A DNA stretch of 64,000 bases, taken from positions 16,742,001 through 16,806,000 of the forward strand of contig CM052817.1 of NCBI GenBank assembly GCA_028534125.1, in the 5' to 3' direction. The notes beneath the pieces were generated by a model. The model did no database searches and was not told where the DNA came from. It worked only from the letters and a program-made list of their open reading frames with translations. Source of the DNA: Lama glama (lineage: Eukaryota). The first letter of the stretch is position 1, and each line of letters starts with the position of its first letter. Shown here piece by piece: positions 24,136 through 36,690 of the stretch. The position numbers and the translations under genes are program-made.

Positions 24136-25677
24136 CCTGGAGGTGAACCCTATCCTTTCCTAGGTCTTAATTGCTGCACAAACTGGAGCGAGTTACCTAC
24201 CTTTGCCACTCTTTAGCAGTGTGACCCAGGGAAGCCCTCAAACTCTTTGTGCCTCCATTTTCTGGTCTGTGAAGTGGGGATATGAGAGAGCCTGCTTCAT
24301 AGAACTGTGGTGATGTGAGAAGCAGTGAAGTAAGGCGTGTAATGCGCTCTGCCTAGTATCCAGCATTCAGCAGCCGTCAACCACTTATTCAGTCAGCATT
24401 CTTTCAGCAAATATGCACGGAGACTCCTTCTTGACGAGGCAACGTACTGGGTGCTGGGAAAACAGTGGTGACCCACGCAGACACCAGTGAGAGCCTCCTC
24501 CCGCCATGGCTCCTTCTCCACCCACAACTTTAATGGTTATGGAAGTTTCGCGTCTTTAACTTCCTAACAGCCATTGAGCTTTTGTTTGAATTCACTTATT
24601 TTGCCTCTACAAATGTCCACTTATCCCTTCCTCTGGGCCATAATGACTATAAATCATTGCCTGTGATTCCATGCTTAGAAAGAGCCAGGGCTGGAACCTA
24701 CTCATTGGAGGTTATTTATTGTGACAGAAAATGCAAATGGATTGGCACTAAACATAAGGCGAAAAAGCGACCTCAGCAGTGCGTGCAGGACGTGAATGCA
24801 GATGGAAACGGTGGGGAGAGTGTCATTTTTAGTAAGTAGAGCAGATACTCCACTTTGCTGAAAATATGAAATGCCAGAAAATTCTCCTGACTTTCTATAT
24901 TACTGAAAGACATTTAAAGTTGACCTGCTTCTTTCAGGACCCCGGAATGACATTGTATTTCACTATATTGGGTGCTATGCAGTGGGGAAAGATGATAAAA
25001 TAGAGAATAAAAAATTAGAAAGAGATTGTGGGGAGAACAGCAGATTACTGAGCTGTATCCTCTCCCATCACCTGCAGAAAGGCTCCTCCCCTAATGCTGG
25101 CAAATTTCCCTTTTCTTCCAGTGTATTTTACACTAAAAGATCTTTTTCAAGTGGTTAAAAATATATTCCCCTGGTCTCTGTGGATGACTTGCAAACAGTC
25201 AGGGAACAGGAAGCCCAAGCTCCCCAGATCCGCTCAAGGACCACGAAGCATTGCCTTGTCCTGAGCTGTTGATGTTACTGGAGAAGAGGCTCCTTTCCAT
25301 CCCCTGAGGTTTCTCTCCTCATGGAGGGAGCCCGGGAGCATCAAAACTCAAGGCACCAACCTGCTGGCTTCACTCTCTCCACCCCGGGTGACAGGGGATG
25401 CCTTAGTTTGATTGGTGACTTAGGACGAGGAATTGGATGGCTAAACCCACTCTCACCCCCTCCCTCCTGCTCCACCTGCCCAGAGCAAGCGTGCCTCTTG
25501 CTCCTCCACAGTGTAGGTCTGTGACTAGGTACGCCAGTCTGCTTCAGCTATCAGTGTTAGGGAACACACCTGCCTGCAGAAAATAAGTCACAGTCTCAAG
25601 GCACCAGTAATGGAGGTGCTATTCTGGCATTTTCCTATTTGTCAATGGGTACAGTTTTAAGGCAGAGAACGGGGGTT

Positions 25678-26037
25678 TGTGCCTTAGACTGTTCAGGCTG
25701 CTACAGCAGTACACCAGAGACTGGGAGGTTAAATCACACTTACTTCTCACGGTTCTGGAGGCTGGAAGCCTATGATCAAGGTGCTGGCAGATTCCGTGTC
25801 TGGTGAGGACCGGCTTCCTGGCTTGCAGATGGCTGCCTCCTATTTTACATCTTCAAGTGACAGAAGGAGCCATCCTGTGTCTCCTCCTTTTTTTTTAAGG
25901 GCACTAATGCCTTTCATGAGGGCTCCACCCTCATGACCTAATCATCTCTTAAAGGCCCCACCTCCAATTACCACCACATTGGGGGTTAGGCTTCATCATA
26001 CAAACTTTAGGGGGAAACAAACATTCAGTCCATAGCA
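25678..26037 (-). mobile_element. MaLR LTR (MLT1A-like)
   Basis: ttctcacggttctggaggctggaag...gggctccaccctcatgacctaatca...acattcagtccatagca. Confidence 0.85.
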
Positions 26038-26389
26038 GTTAGTGACAGAGTTACCTCAAAGCCCAAGAGCTGACAAAGATGTCCCTGAGGTATCCTGGAT
26101 GGTCTTCAGAGCACCACTGTCTTTCTCTAGCTCAGCCACAACCCACAAGCCTCTCTGTCACTGAGAATTCTTGGAAGTGGTTAAGGAGGTTAAGGCAATT
26201 GCATTCCTCTTCCAAATTCAATCCCCAGTCAGGAGTCTGTTTAAATGCTTCAGGTAAACTCCCCTGATTTTTTTAGCTAAATTGAACATTATTTCCTTTT
26301 AATTTTAATTTAGCTGTTTACTTAGGAGGCATATACCAACCTAAGCACAAGATATTTGTGGAAATGGCACTGTCCCTTTAACAATGTAC

Positions 26390-26512
26390 GTGTGTATGTG
26401 CTGTTGGGGGTGGGGAGGGTAGTATGCGTGGCATGTGTTTGTGTGTGTGTCTGATGTGACACGATGTGTGGGGGGGGACAGTGTGCTGCATGTGTGGTGT
26501 GGTTTGTGTAAC

Positions 26513-26546
<34 letters not shown>

Positions 26547-26570
26547 CTGTGTGTGGTGTGGCATGTGTAT
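26390..26570. repeat. TG-rich low-complexity tract with a perfect (TG)n core at 26518-26546
   Basis: Read directly. Confidence 0.9.
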
Positions 26571-26639
26571 ATATTGGCTCCTAAACTTTAACTGGATTCA
26601 TCTGGCAACAATCTCATTCCTATAAGCCAATCAAAATAG

Positions 26640-27162
26640 AATATTATTTATTCATTACTGTGTAACAAAAACTCCACTACTCAGCAGCTTAAAATGATAA
26701 ACGCTTATTATCTCAGTTTCAGGGGTCAGAAATCCAAGAGTGGCTTAGTGACACAGGATTTCTCTAGAGGCTGGAGTCAAGATGTTGGCCAGGTCTGCGG
26801 TTATCTGAAGGCTTGCCTGGGGGTGACAGATCCTCCTGCAGGGTGGTTCCCTCACCTGGTGCTGGTGTCGGCAGGAGGCCTCAGTTCCTCCCGTGGGGGC
26901 CTCTTGCAGGCTGCTTGAGTGTCCTCACAGCACGGTGACCCGCTTCTCAGCGGCAGCAATCCGAGAGCCAGCAAGAAGGAAGCCACATACCTTTCAAGAC
27001 CTATTCTCAGAAGTTACACACTGAACTCCTGCCACATTCTGTTCCTTAGAAGCCAGTCACTAACTACAACCTGCACTCACAGAGAGGGAGATGGGGCTCC
27101 ACCCCCGGGGTGGGTGGGGGTGGGAGTCAAAGAACTTGTGCACTTATTTTAAAACCACCGCA
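26640..27162 (-). mobile_element. MaLR LTR (MLT1F/G-like)
   Basis: tgtgtaacaaa...cagcagcttaaaa...ttattatctcagtttc..gggtcagaaatcc...tgccacattctgttcctta...ttttaaaaccacc. Confidence 0.75.
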
Positions 27163-29084
27163 AATAACACGGTGCAGAAAAAGAAAAGCAAATGCACAAG
27201 AATCTGAAAATGTTCTGAACTTACTACAGCAAGAATAAAATACATTACCATTTGAGCAGTAGAGCTTTTTTCCCCCTACTGCCATCCCAGGAAAACTGAG
27301 GTGAAGAAACGGGAAAGGGGGCCAGGGAGTGGATGACGTGGTGATGTAGGGGAGGCTTTTGAAACAAAGGGTCTTGAAACAGGACTGGGGCTGCTGCTGA
27401 TGGGAGATGTTGGAGAGCGGGAGGCTTGGGGGAGGCTGGATTTAAGAAGTGGTGTGTGGAAGGTTATGAACAGACTTCCCTCTTCTCGCAGGGACACAAG
27501 GAGAGATCAGAATCGCTTCTATGAGCTCTTTGGTTCGGGGCTGTTTTATTAAATGCTACACTGCGGTGAAACTGGATCACGTGGGTCTCATTATTTGCTC
27601 GGGTTACATTCACATTCCCTGAGAATTTCCACCATAAATGTAAAATGGCAAGGAAACACTATTTTTAAAGTTTCTTAAGTGCATTTGCCTCTCTCTAAAG
27701 ACTTCTGTATCCTCAGTCCCTAGCACAGCACTGTTCAAGTCATGGATACTCAATATTAGTTGAAAAGAATCAAGTGAAAAAGTCCATTTGAATTTTCACA
27801 TTATTTATGAACTAAAATGCTGTAATCCAAAAGGACAGAGGAACAACATAAACTTGAAATAAAAATACCTCGGAGTTGCGATGTGTCCAGAATTCTCAGA
27901 TGGGTCAGGAGAAGCAGAGGCAAGAGATGAGAAGTGAATCACTGCAGGGGTGAGCAGAGTTGAGCCTGGGGCCAGGACAAGTGCCAAGACTGCTCTTTTT
28001 TCCTGAGGCCTCAATCTTACTTTCTTATGCTTTCTAGCCCCTACTGCCCTGGAGAGCAAACAGAGAGATGACAGAGCTAATCGGGCTGCCGACCCAACCC
28101 AGAATCTTGCAGCCCTGCTGCTGGACATGCTGATCAGGGCCCTGGGTCATTTCTGGGGATGATGGTTGGGGTGAGGGGGCACTTGGAGGGCTGAGCAGGT
28201 TTCTCTCTGCCCTAACGATTGTTTCCTGCAAGATGATGGAGTGTAACTGTGCCTTTTCTCTTGGTTTCTAGTAGACTTCCTGGAGCAGAACCTGGAGATG
28301 TACGCAGGAAAATGTTCTCCAGGGATCACATACAATTTCAGAAGGTGCCGGGGATTCTGGGGCAGCGCCTCCATACTGTGGGCCCCTCTCCCTGTGTTGT
28401 CTTGGTTTGCTGTCTGGCTGAAGGCAGGAGAAGTTCAGGTTTATGAAGAGGCAGCCTGGAGCAGAGGCCAAGAGGTGGGGTTCATCCAAAGCCTTTAGTC
28501 TCAGCTCTGCTACCAATGTGTTGGGAAAAGTCATTTGTGCCCATTAGGTGCTGGTTAGTAAAGGGTTATCCTGTCTGGGAGGCAGGGAAACTAGTTGCAA
28601 GAACAGGTGATCAATGAAAGTGACACATGACTCATGCCTCCAATTCTTCTTCGACAGTTAGCCTCCCTCAATCAGCTCTCTGAGAAACAGAAAGAATAAG
28701 TGTTCCTGCCTGGCTAACGGGCGCATAGCCGGGACCAGGAAATCTGCACAGAGCGTTTGAGTTTCGAGATGAAACGCACTGAGAGATTGGGGTGAATGAG
28801 CTTCTGACTTGCAGGTTTGGAGAAATTTGGTTCTTTCCTCACTTCTCCACAAATGCCAGACTATAATGAAAAGGAACCAGGCCCCTCTCCCCTTGATCCT
28901 GGTCAAAAGAGTTGTCCTGGCCCAAAGTGACCTTTTCTCCTATGAATTTATTATCTGTCTTCACAGCTCATATGCCACCAGATGCCCTGGGCCCAGGCTG
29001 TTTATGACCACTGTCCATTCTGATCAATGGCGCATCCATTCCATTCTGTTGGGTGGTGCTTGTTGTGGACACACTCCAGGGTGA

Positions 29085-29575
29085 TCCCTCCCCAGGAGTC
29101 GTGTTCTTTATAATCCCCTCCTGACGAGGGAGGGCAGGACTTGGGACCTGCTCCAAACAACAGAATAGAACAAAAGTGATAGGATGCCAGGCCTATGACT
29201 CCTAATGCCCATGAAGAAACCAACAGTTTGTGCTGTGAGGAGACCGTGGAGAAGGCCAGCAGCATGGAGCTGTGGGCGGCCCCAAGGGGCTGAAAGTGCC
29301 CCCAACCACAGCCAGAAAGAAAACAGCCCTCAGTCCCATAATCACAAGGAAATGAAATCTACCAACAACCTAAATGAACTTGAGGTCAGATCTTTCCCAT
29401 TTAAGTCACCAAATGAGAACGTGGACTGGCCAACACATTGATTACAGCCTTGTGACACCCTGAGTAGAGGACCCTGGGACCCATGCCAGGACTCCTGACC
29501 CACGGGAACTATAAGCCAATGAATGTGTTTTGCTTTAAGTCACTATATGTGTGGTCATTTGTTAAACTAATTCAG
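29085..29575 (+). mobile_element. MaLR LTR (MLT1E/F-like)
   Basis: ccctcagtcccataatcacaaggaaatgaaatctaccaacaacc...ttgattacagccttgtgacaccctgag...tttaagtcactatatgtgtggtcatttgtta. Confidence 0.75.
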
Positions 29576-30382
29576 GCCACACACACCAATAGTTAAATAT
29601 TTGGTTGTCACCCCTATGTGTCTCATTCATTGCACAATTAGTCACACATCACTTTGTCATGCAGAATATTCCCTAGACCTTGTGCTGTAACCATAGCTTC
29701 ATGTGGTTATGACTTTTCCTCTCAGCTAGACTGTAAGTCCCATGAGGGCAAGAACTGTGTTCTAGAACTTTTAAAAAAAAAAAACCCATGCGGCCAAAAA
29801 AAAAAAAAAAACAAACCCAAAGCATATCAAAGTACCTCCTGACACACAGTAGGTACACAGTCATATGTGATTTGAGCTTTTGATCCTTCATTTGTTCAAC
29901 TAAACCAAATGGGTCTTAGATTAAACACATAGAGACATGTGGAGAACTTTTACTGCACACCTACTAGGTACCAGGTTAGCTCTCAGACACGCAGAGAACA
30001 AATCAAAAGTCTGGCTCTCAAGTCGATCATGGTTCAACCCAGCCAATAGGATCTTGTTGTCTCATCTTCTTACCAGTGGAATCAAACACTCAGAGATCCC
30101 TAGAGTGCTTTGTCAATTAGTCAAGATTATGAGCCCGCAGATCAGGCCAAGGTGTGCCTGTAAAAGTTCTTCAGTGATTGTTTAGCTTGCAAGTAGAAGC
30201 AGCAAGAGGTCCCCGCTGAGCCGACCTTCCATTTAAATGGGAAAGGGAGCCACCAAGACACATGGGCACTCTGCCCTTCCTCAGTAGCCCATCGTGGGCG
30301 GCCCTTTCACTCTATGACTCACGTGGACATACCCATATTCAGGCAGACCAGAGATCAAAGCCATGTTAGGCACGGGCTACTT

Positions 30383-30388
30383 TTTATT
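30383..30388 (-). terminator. Candidate distal polyadenylation signal of LGI2
   Basis: Minus-strand AATAAA with upstream TGTA motifs (~30398, ~30465) and downstream GT/T-rich sequence (TGGCTTTGATCTCTGGTCTG). Confidence 0.65.
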
Positions 30389-32505
30389 CATAGGTTTACA
30401 GAATACATTGAATTAAGAGACATATCATTTGTTAAGTCTATTTAACAAAAAGAGCTAAATATGTACACAGCCTTAAATTTCATCCATTGTAGCTTGCATT
30501 GAAGATTGTAAAATTTGCTTTCATATACATAGAAAGTATTCTTCTTTTCCTTAAGTTGTGCATTTAAAATACATAGAAATAGTACCAAATGGTATATTGG
30601 CTGATTTTATCACAGGTCATACATTCCTGATAGTCAAAGGGATTGACAGGGAATGGAGAGTTTCCTACCAGGAAGAAAAAAACAACCCTGAATTTTTGAT
30701 GCAAGCGATGGAATAACACAAGGATAGGAGTGGCCCAGTTTAGATCTCAGTAGCTTTGCAATGTAATTCTTATTTTAATCAGCATCACAATTGGTTCTCT
30801 CCACTAATAACTGGGATGCTGTTAAATCTGCGTGGGGCTTCCATCATCCACTTGCCTGGCTGAGGCAAAGGAAATCATTATTACTTTTTCTTTTCTTCCA
30901 ATTGATTCTACTCTCCCCAAAGAGTTCTCTCCACAGCCATCTGCCTTGCCTTTCTGCCCATTTCCTTTACATTGTCCCCAAAGTCTGGGCCACCATGCTC
31001 ACTGTGTCAACATCCAGATTATACAACAGAATCTTTGACCACTGCCTAATTAAAGAACTTTCAAAACTGTGAGCGAGGGGCTCATACCTCTGCAGAAGAA
31101 TCGGGAAGCTGGCTAAAGAGATTTTCTTCAGAGGACATGCAGATAGACTCCCCTCCTGCAGACCTTCATCTCTTTTTCATTATACCCCAGGTCAGAGAAA
31201 TTTCCATCGTGAGTGTTCCAGCAGCCAAACCTCCAGCATCCCACACTGATTTCTTTCCTAAAAATACCCAGCCTCTCACTCCATAGGGAAGAAAAATGCA
31301 ACACTGCCATTTCCAGCATGTTCCCCAAAGGCTGACTCCAGCCCAGGAGCAATTCATCATCACTTGTGCATTAGGGGTTTCAGCTTTTCCCTCCCAGAGC
31401 TCTTCTTGTTTATCTTGTGGACATTTTGACAAGAACCAGATGTGTCTCAACTTTAACATCCCTCCTGTAGCTAACATGTTGGGGGAGAAACCACCGTGCT
31501 AGCTAAACACCCTCCTTAAAGCAGAAAATTATCTGTAACTTCTGGCAGACTTTTAAGAGGGTCTTGCATGTAAATAGCAGTTCTGTGGTGTTTCATTGTT
31601 AAATGGACTGGTTGATTGAACGGGGTCTGTTCAGCACGATTTTCCTTCTGCCTATTTTGCTGCATTTTAAATTTTATCTCATGGTGCTGCTATATTCAAA
31701 ACCATGATAGAAAGTCTTTACTCGGAGGGAACGGCAGGGTCACAGAAAGAAAATACAAAGCCTGCTGTTCGGAGGGGAGGCTCTAGTTTTGCCACTCATC
31801 CCTGGACAATCTCGAGTGGACGACTGACTTTAGGGTTTTGAAGAACTATTTATGAACAAATGAGATGAACACCAACGTGCATTGGAAAAATGTGAAGTTT
31901 TGCCAAATGGCAGGCAGTCTTATTTATCCAGTGCCCAAGAACACAGTGCTATTCACACCTAAGACTTGTTTTTAGAGTCTTCCTAAGAGACCTGTTCCTG
32001 GCCCCATGGAGTTTGGGGACAAGTCCCATATGGAGGGACTCGTCTGGGAGCTTAGACACCGAGATTACAAAGAAGAAACAGTAGGAGAAGATGATCAACC
32101 GACGGGTGATGGGAAGGAATCGAGAAGCGAGAGCAGCCTCCCCCAGGGCGAGGTCCACGGGGGACGGTCCCACGTGTCTCCCTGCTTTGCGTTTTTGTTG
32201 TTGTTCTTGTTTGAGTTTTTTTGGTCTTCCATTATTACTGGAAGAAAGCTTCTGGCAGAAACTGTTTCTTGGGATTCTCGGGCTGGAGCAGTAAGATTAA
32301 TGAAGCAAAGCTCCCACAGCCTCGTGCCAAGAACATCTACGCTGCTTGGGTAAGTCGGCCAGAACAAATATCTCCTCCCTCAGCACGGGGACTCTGTAGA
32401 GTCTTGTCTATGATTCTTTTCAAAGAGAAAGCCTGATTGCAGCTGAGTGGATTACCCACCCTCTCACTCTCATCCCCAACACCCTCCCCATCCCCAATTG
32501 CTTTA

Positions 32506-32641
32506 TTTTAGTTAAGTTTTTTGGGGGGTGGTAGTGGTGGCATTTATTTATTTATTTTTAACAGAGATACTGGGGATGGAACCCAGGACCTCATGCATGC
32601 TAAGCATGCAGTCTACCACCGAGCTATGTTCTCTTCCCCTT
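32506..32641 (-). mobile_element. tRNA-Ala-derived SINE (Vic-1-like) in the LGI2 3'UTR, sense to the gene
   Basis: Reverse complement: atagctcggtggtagactgcatgcttagcatgcatgaggtcctgggttccatccccagtatc plus (AAAT)n tail; 13-nt TSD cccaattgcttta at 32493-32505 and 32642-32654. Confidence 0.85.
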
Positions 32642-35009
32642 CCCAATTGCTTTAGATCTTTCTTTCACCCCCACCCAGAGTCTCACCTGGACTCAGCACA
32701 AGCCCCCAGCCCCAGACCAGCACCCTGTGCTCCAAGTTTTCCAGATCCTGGGCAATGGTTACCTGTGTGGTGAGTGCAGCTGGTGGCCCCTAACCCCACC
32801 CTCAGAGCTGAGGCTGGGAAGGTGGTCCCTGCTCCATGGAGGCAGCACTGTGAAAAGATGCACCCATTGCCTCCTCCACCAGCGGCTGGAATCCAGAACA
32901 TCATTTTGACCTAGGACCGTCTAAATGTCCCCTACACTCCTGGCCAAGTGCCTGTTGTCAACCCAGCCTTATCTGAGGGGTTCCAGGCACCAGAAAGAAG
33001 AGCTTGCTGGTCCTGACAGCTGGAGGACCAGCAGAGCTGTCCCACTTTTAGCCTCCGATGCGGGGCATTTCAGTCAATTCAAATAAACCAGGAAGGCAAA
33101 AGAACATGGATAAAAGAGTGATTTGTGCTTAAAAAATGAAAACAAACCTCCTTTTTCCTGTTTGCTCCACGCTTAGTAGGAAAGTTTCAAACGGCAGCGC
33201 TACCACGTGTGGGTGAGTTAGTTCATTACCATCCCTGGGGCCCTAGGCTGGAAGCCCTGTGCCTGCAGTCCCAGAATGTACCCAAGAGTGCTGTTGTGAC
33301 ATTGGCGCGTGGTTCTCTAAGTGCTATTTATTGCCTCAATCTGCATTGCTTAAAGTCTGGAAACAACAAACACATTCATATTTGTGACAAAACATCTACC
33401 TACTCACGACTTGGCAAGCAATCATTAAAAAACAGCAATACAATACAAGATGACTGTGCCACTTTCACGGCCAGGAGAAGCGCTGGATTACTCTGATTGA
33501 GAGTCACTCATTTCATAGTCTCTGAAGCGAACCAGCTAACCAGGCAGAACATCCACCTGGAACCTTCCACAAAACCAGACCCTGTGAGCTTCCCAGTGGG
33601 CCACACCAGAGAGGCCATCTGGTCTCCCGAGTGCAGATGTGGTCCGGGGGACTCCGCCTGTCCGGCTCCAAATCTGGTCCCTCCAGAAGAGCTGGAGCCT
33701 CCTGCCCACACCCCCTGCCCCAGCCTGTACAGGACGAGCGCCCTGCGCACATGACCCCTTGAGAGGGTGTGGGTTTCCTCTGCTAGCGTGCCGGGAGGAG
33801 GAGGTGCACTGCCGTCATGAGGACCCTGGGTTCTGCAATTCGGGGCTGCAGCACCTTTGGAAGGACTGCACTGGCAGCAGCAATGTCAGCCAGTCAACAA
33901 AGCAGGACTGTGACACAAGGAGGGAGGTAGGCAGGTGGGCAGGTGGCTAGGTGGGCAGGCTGATATTCAATTACTTGAAATATTAAGTTTCCCAGAGGGC
34001 AAAGACATGCATCAATCAACGAGCTGTCTCTAGGTTTCAAAGAACATCAGGACTTGTGTAAAGTCCTCTTTGACTCCACAAAATCCTACTTCAAAAACTC
34101 TACTGAATGCTCATCGGATGGAAATACCTGTTCTGTTGCTCTAAAGGACAGAATAAAAAGCACCGCTCTGTCTTTGGCCTGTCTGCTGGTTACCCACAGA
34201 CTCAAAGGACAGGTCCAGTGAAGCCGATGAGTCGCACAGAGCATCAAACAAGCACTGTTGCTCCGGCCACCGTGGGGGTCAGCTTTCAACCACAAGAGGA
34301 GAGGATGACTCTGTCTCACTCCTGGCCCACAGCCCAGCCCCGGGCCTAGACATGTGTCAGCAGAACCTTTTCTTTGTAGCGAAGGAAGCAATGTCAGAAG
34401 TTATTTTGTTAACACACCCGGGATGGACATCCATATGAGCCGGTGAAATAGCTGAGGCTGGGCTCTTAGGGGGGATTCGGGAATCTGGGATGGCTCAAAA
34501 TAGCATTGCTGAGTATTAGCAGATTTTTAAAGTAATCAGCAGCAAATCTTTTCAGCTGACTTTGGCTTTAAGAGTTCTTATTAAAAAGACTACTAAAACG
34601 GAATGAGAAGGGCCCATAGTATGTTTGGTCTTTTTTTATTATTATCATTTCATCATAAGAGCTATCCTATCTTATCCAATTTTCTTCTTCTTCATTAAAA
34701 GAAAAAAAAATAAAAGCACGTTACTTCCCTAGATGGTAAGAGTTAATGCTGTGCTCTTAGCAATTACAGGCTTTAAGATGACTTTTTACGTGGCAGAATG
34801 GATGTGTCATGCAGTTAGCCAATAAATGCAATCCCTGATTAAAATATGAGTTCTAAAGTTTGAAAACCTCTAACTACTTCCCCAGTGCATTTTTAACGTC
34901 AGCACTGTGAACCTGGCTTCTTTTTCTCCCCCTACCCCTCCCCACCCCATCTCTGTCCTCTCTTTTAAAAGGTAAAGCTACGTGTCTTTTAAATTCACCG
35001 ATCACACCT

Positions 35010-35827
35010 TCACAAACTTAAGTCAACCACTATGTGTTCAAAAATCTTTGTCTTCCCTTTGAAACTGGATGCGAAAAAGAAATCTCTCCTATCAGTGGAG
35101 ACGGCTGTGAAGGAACGAGGCGCCTGCACATAAATCTCCTTAAATTTTTTGAAGAGCTGTTTCTCTTTATCCCACTGGTAGATCTGGGAGAATGTATAGT
35201 CACTCCCCAGGGCCAGGTAGTGATTATCTTTAAAGGAAAAGGGCTGCAGGGTCATGGCCCCCCGGGACGGAAGAGCCTGGATCTCCACAAACTGTTTACT
35301 GTTCCACCTCATGACCCTGGAGTCCCCGATGAAGCGGGTGAGGGAAAGGTAGAGGGTGTTCTGCATCCTAAAGCTCTTCACGGCCAGCACGTCCTCCATG
35401 TTGGGGATGTCACTGTGGGGGACAAACTTCTTAGAGCTCTTATTCCACTGGAGGATGATGGGGACCTGGGAGCGGCTGGATAGGATCAGGTGTGACTTTC
35501 CATCTATGTCCACAAACTCTGCATCCGTGTCCCGGAACCACTCGTGCAGCGACTGGTACGAGTAGAAGCCTTTGCTGTTCCACTTATAAACAGTGGACAG
35601 GCCGGCTTTGGAGCTGTCGGCGATGACAAAGAACGTCTCGTCCTCGATCTGAAACAGCTCGATGTCGTTGGGCTTGGAGATGCGGGAGACTTCTATGTCT
35701 TGGAATTTGACAAACTTGGTCCAGCTCTCATCGTATCTGTAAATGTGAGAGCCACCAAAGAGCTGGGCCACCACCACGAAGACCTGGTCGTCGATGAGGA
35801 TGGCCTTACAGCCCACGATGGACTGAC
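35010..35827 (-). CDS. LGI2: LGI2 exon 8 coding part, remaining EPTP/EAR repeats to stop (GQSIVGCKAILIDDQV...EHIVVDLSL*)
   Basis: 818 nt; branch-like CCCTAAC, pyrimidine tract and cacag|G acceptor; TGA at 35010-35012; C-terminal part of ORF 35010..36035. Confidence 0.97.
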
Positions 35828-35861
35828 CTGTGCTCCAAAAGAAAGGAGAGGGGGTTAGGGC

Positions 35862-36478
35862 TGCCACCGTGAAAAACGCTCGCCCAGCGTGAAACTGGAA
35901 GAACAGTGTGCCGGTCCTCCAGAAAGTGAACCACGGGATGACTGCACCATCCAGCAATTCCGCTTCTGGTCTATACCCAAACCACTGAGAGTAGGCTCTT
36001 GAGGGGGTATTTGTACACTGCATTGATAGCAGCATTATTCACAAAAGCCAAAAGGTAGAAACAACCTGAGTCTGTTGACGAATGAATGGATACACAATGG
36101 GGTAAATACACACAGTGGAATACTGTTCAGCCTTAAAAAGGAAGGACATTCTGACACATGCTGCATCCTGGGTGAATGTTGAAGACATTATGCTAAGTGA
36201 AATAAGCCAGTCACAAAAGACAAATAGTGTATGATGCCACTTATAAGAGGTACCTGGAGGAGTCAGATTCATAGAGATAGACAGTAGAGGGGTGGTTGCC
36301 AGGGCTGGAGAGGAGGGGAGAATGGGGGTTAGAGTTTAATGGGTACAGAATTTTGGCTTTTCAAGATGAAGAATTCTAGAGATTGGTTGTAGGGCAATGT
36401 GCATGTACTGAGCTGTACACTTAAATGTACTTAAGATGGTAAATTTATGTTATGTATGTTTCCCCACAATTTAAAAAA
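35862..36478 (+). mobile_element. L1MB-like 3' portion, antisense to LGI2, abutting the exon 8 branch point
   Basis: ccagcaattccgcttctgg...atagcagcattattcaca...attatgctaagtgaaataagccagtcacaaaagacaaata...tgtacacttaaa. Confidence 0.9.
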
Positions 36479-36485
36479 CAGTTTT

Positions 36486-36690
36486 AATAGCACAGGGAAC
36501 TATATTCAATATCTTTTGGTAACTTATGGTGAAAAAGAATATGAAAGCAAATGTATGTCTGTTCCTGTGTGACTGAAGCATTGTGCTGTACAACAGACAT
36601 TGACACAACAGTTTAAACTGACCATACTTCAATAAAAATATTAAAAAATAACTTACAAATTAAATTAAATTAAAAAATTTAAAAAAAGTT
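36486..36690 (+). mobile_element. Younger L1 3' tail (same type as 3794-3921)
   Basis: atagcacagggaactatattcaatatct...gtgctgtaca..agacattgacacaaca...tacttcaataaaa followed by an A-rich tail. Confidence 0.8.

Larger units (their letters stand above)
30365..35009 (-). other. LGI2: Probable long LGI2 3'UTR (~4.6 kb)
   Basis: Repeat-poor stretch after the stop that ends in an AT-rich block with AATAAA and UGUA elements; repeat density rises again below ~30 kb. Confidence 0.65.

Noticed and set aside
1..30000. Numerous 60-155 aa ORFs; possible CCDC149 coding exons
   Set aside because: No recognisable domains or spliceable coding series; many overlap repeats. No coiled-coil coding exon identified.
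35034..35858. Plus-strand ORFs antisense to exon 8
   Set aside because: Shadow ORFs of LGI2 codon usage; no recognisable protein.
35010..36035. 341-aa ORF as a stand-alone single-exon gene
   Set aside because: LGI2 similarity starts exactly at the splice acceptor (35827); the upstream 69 codons are intronic and mostly L1-derived.
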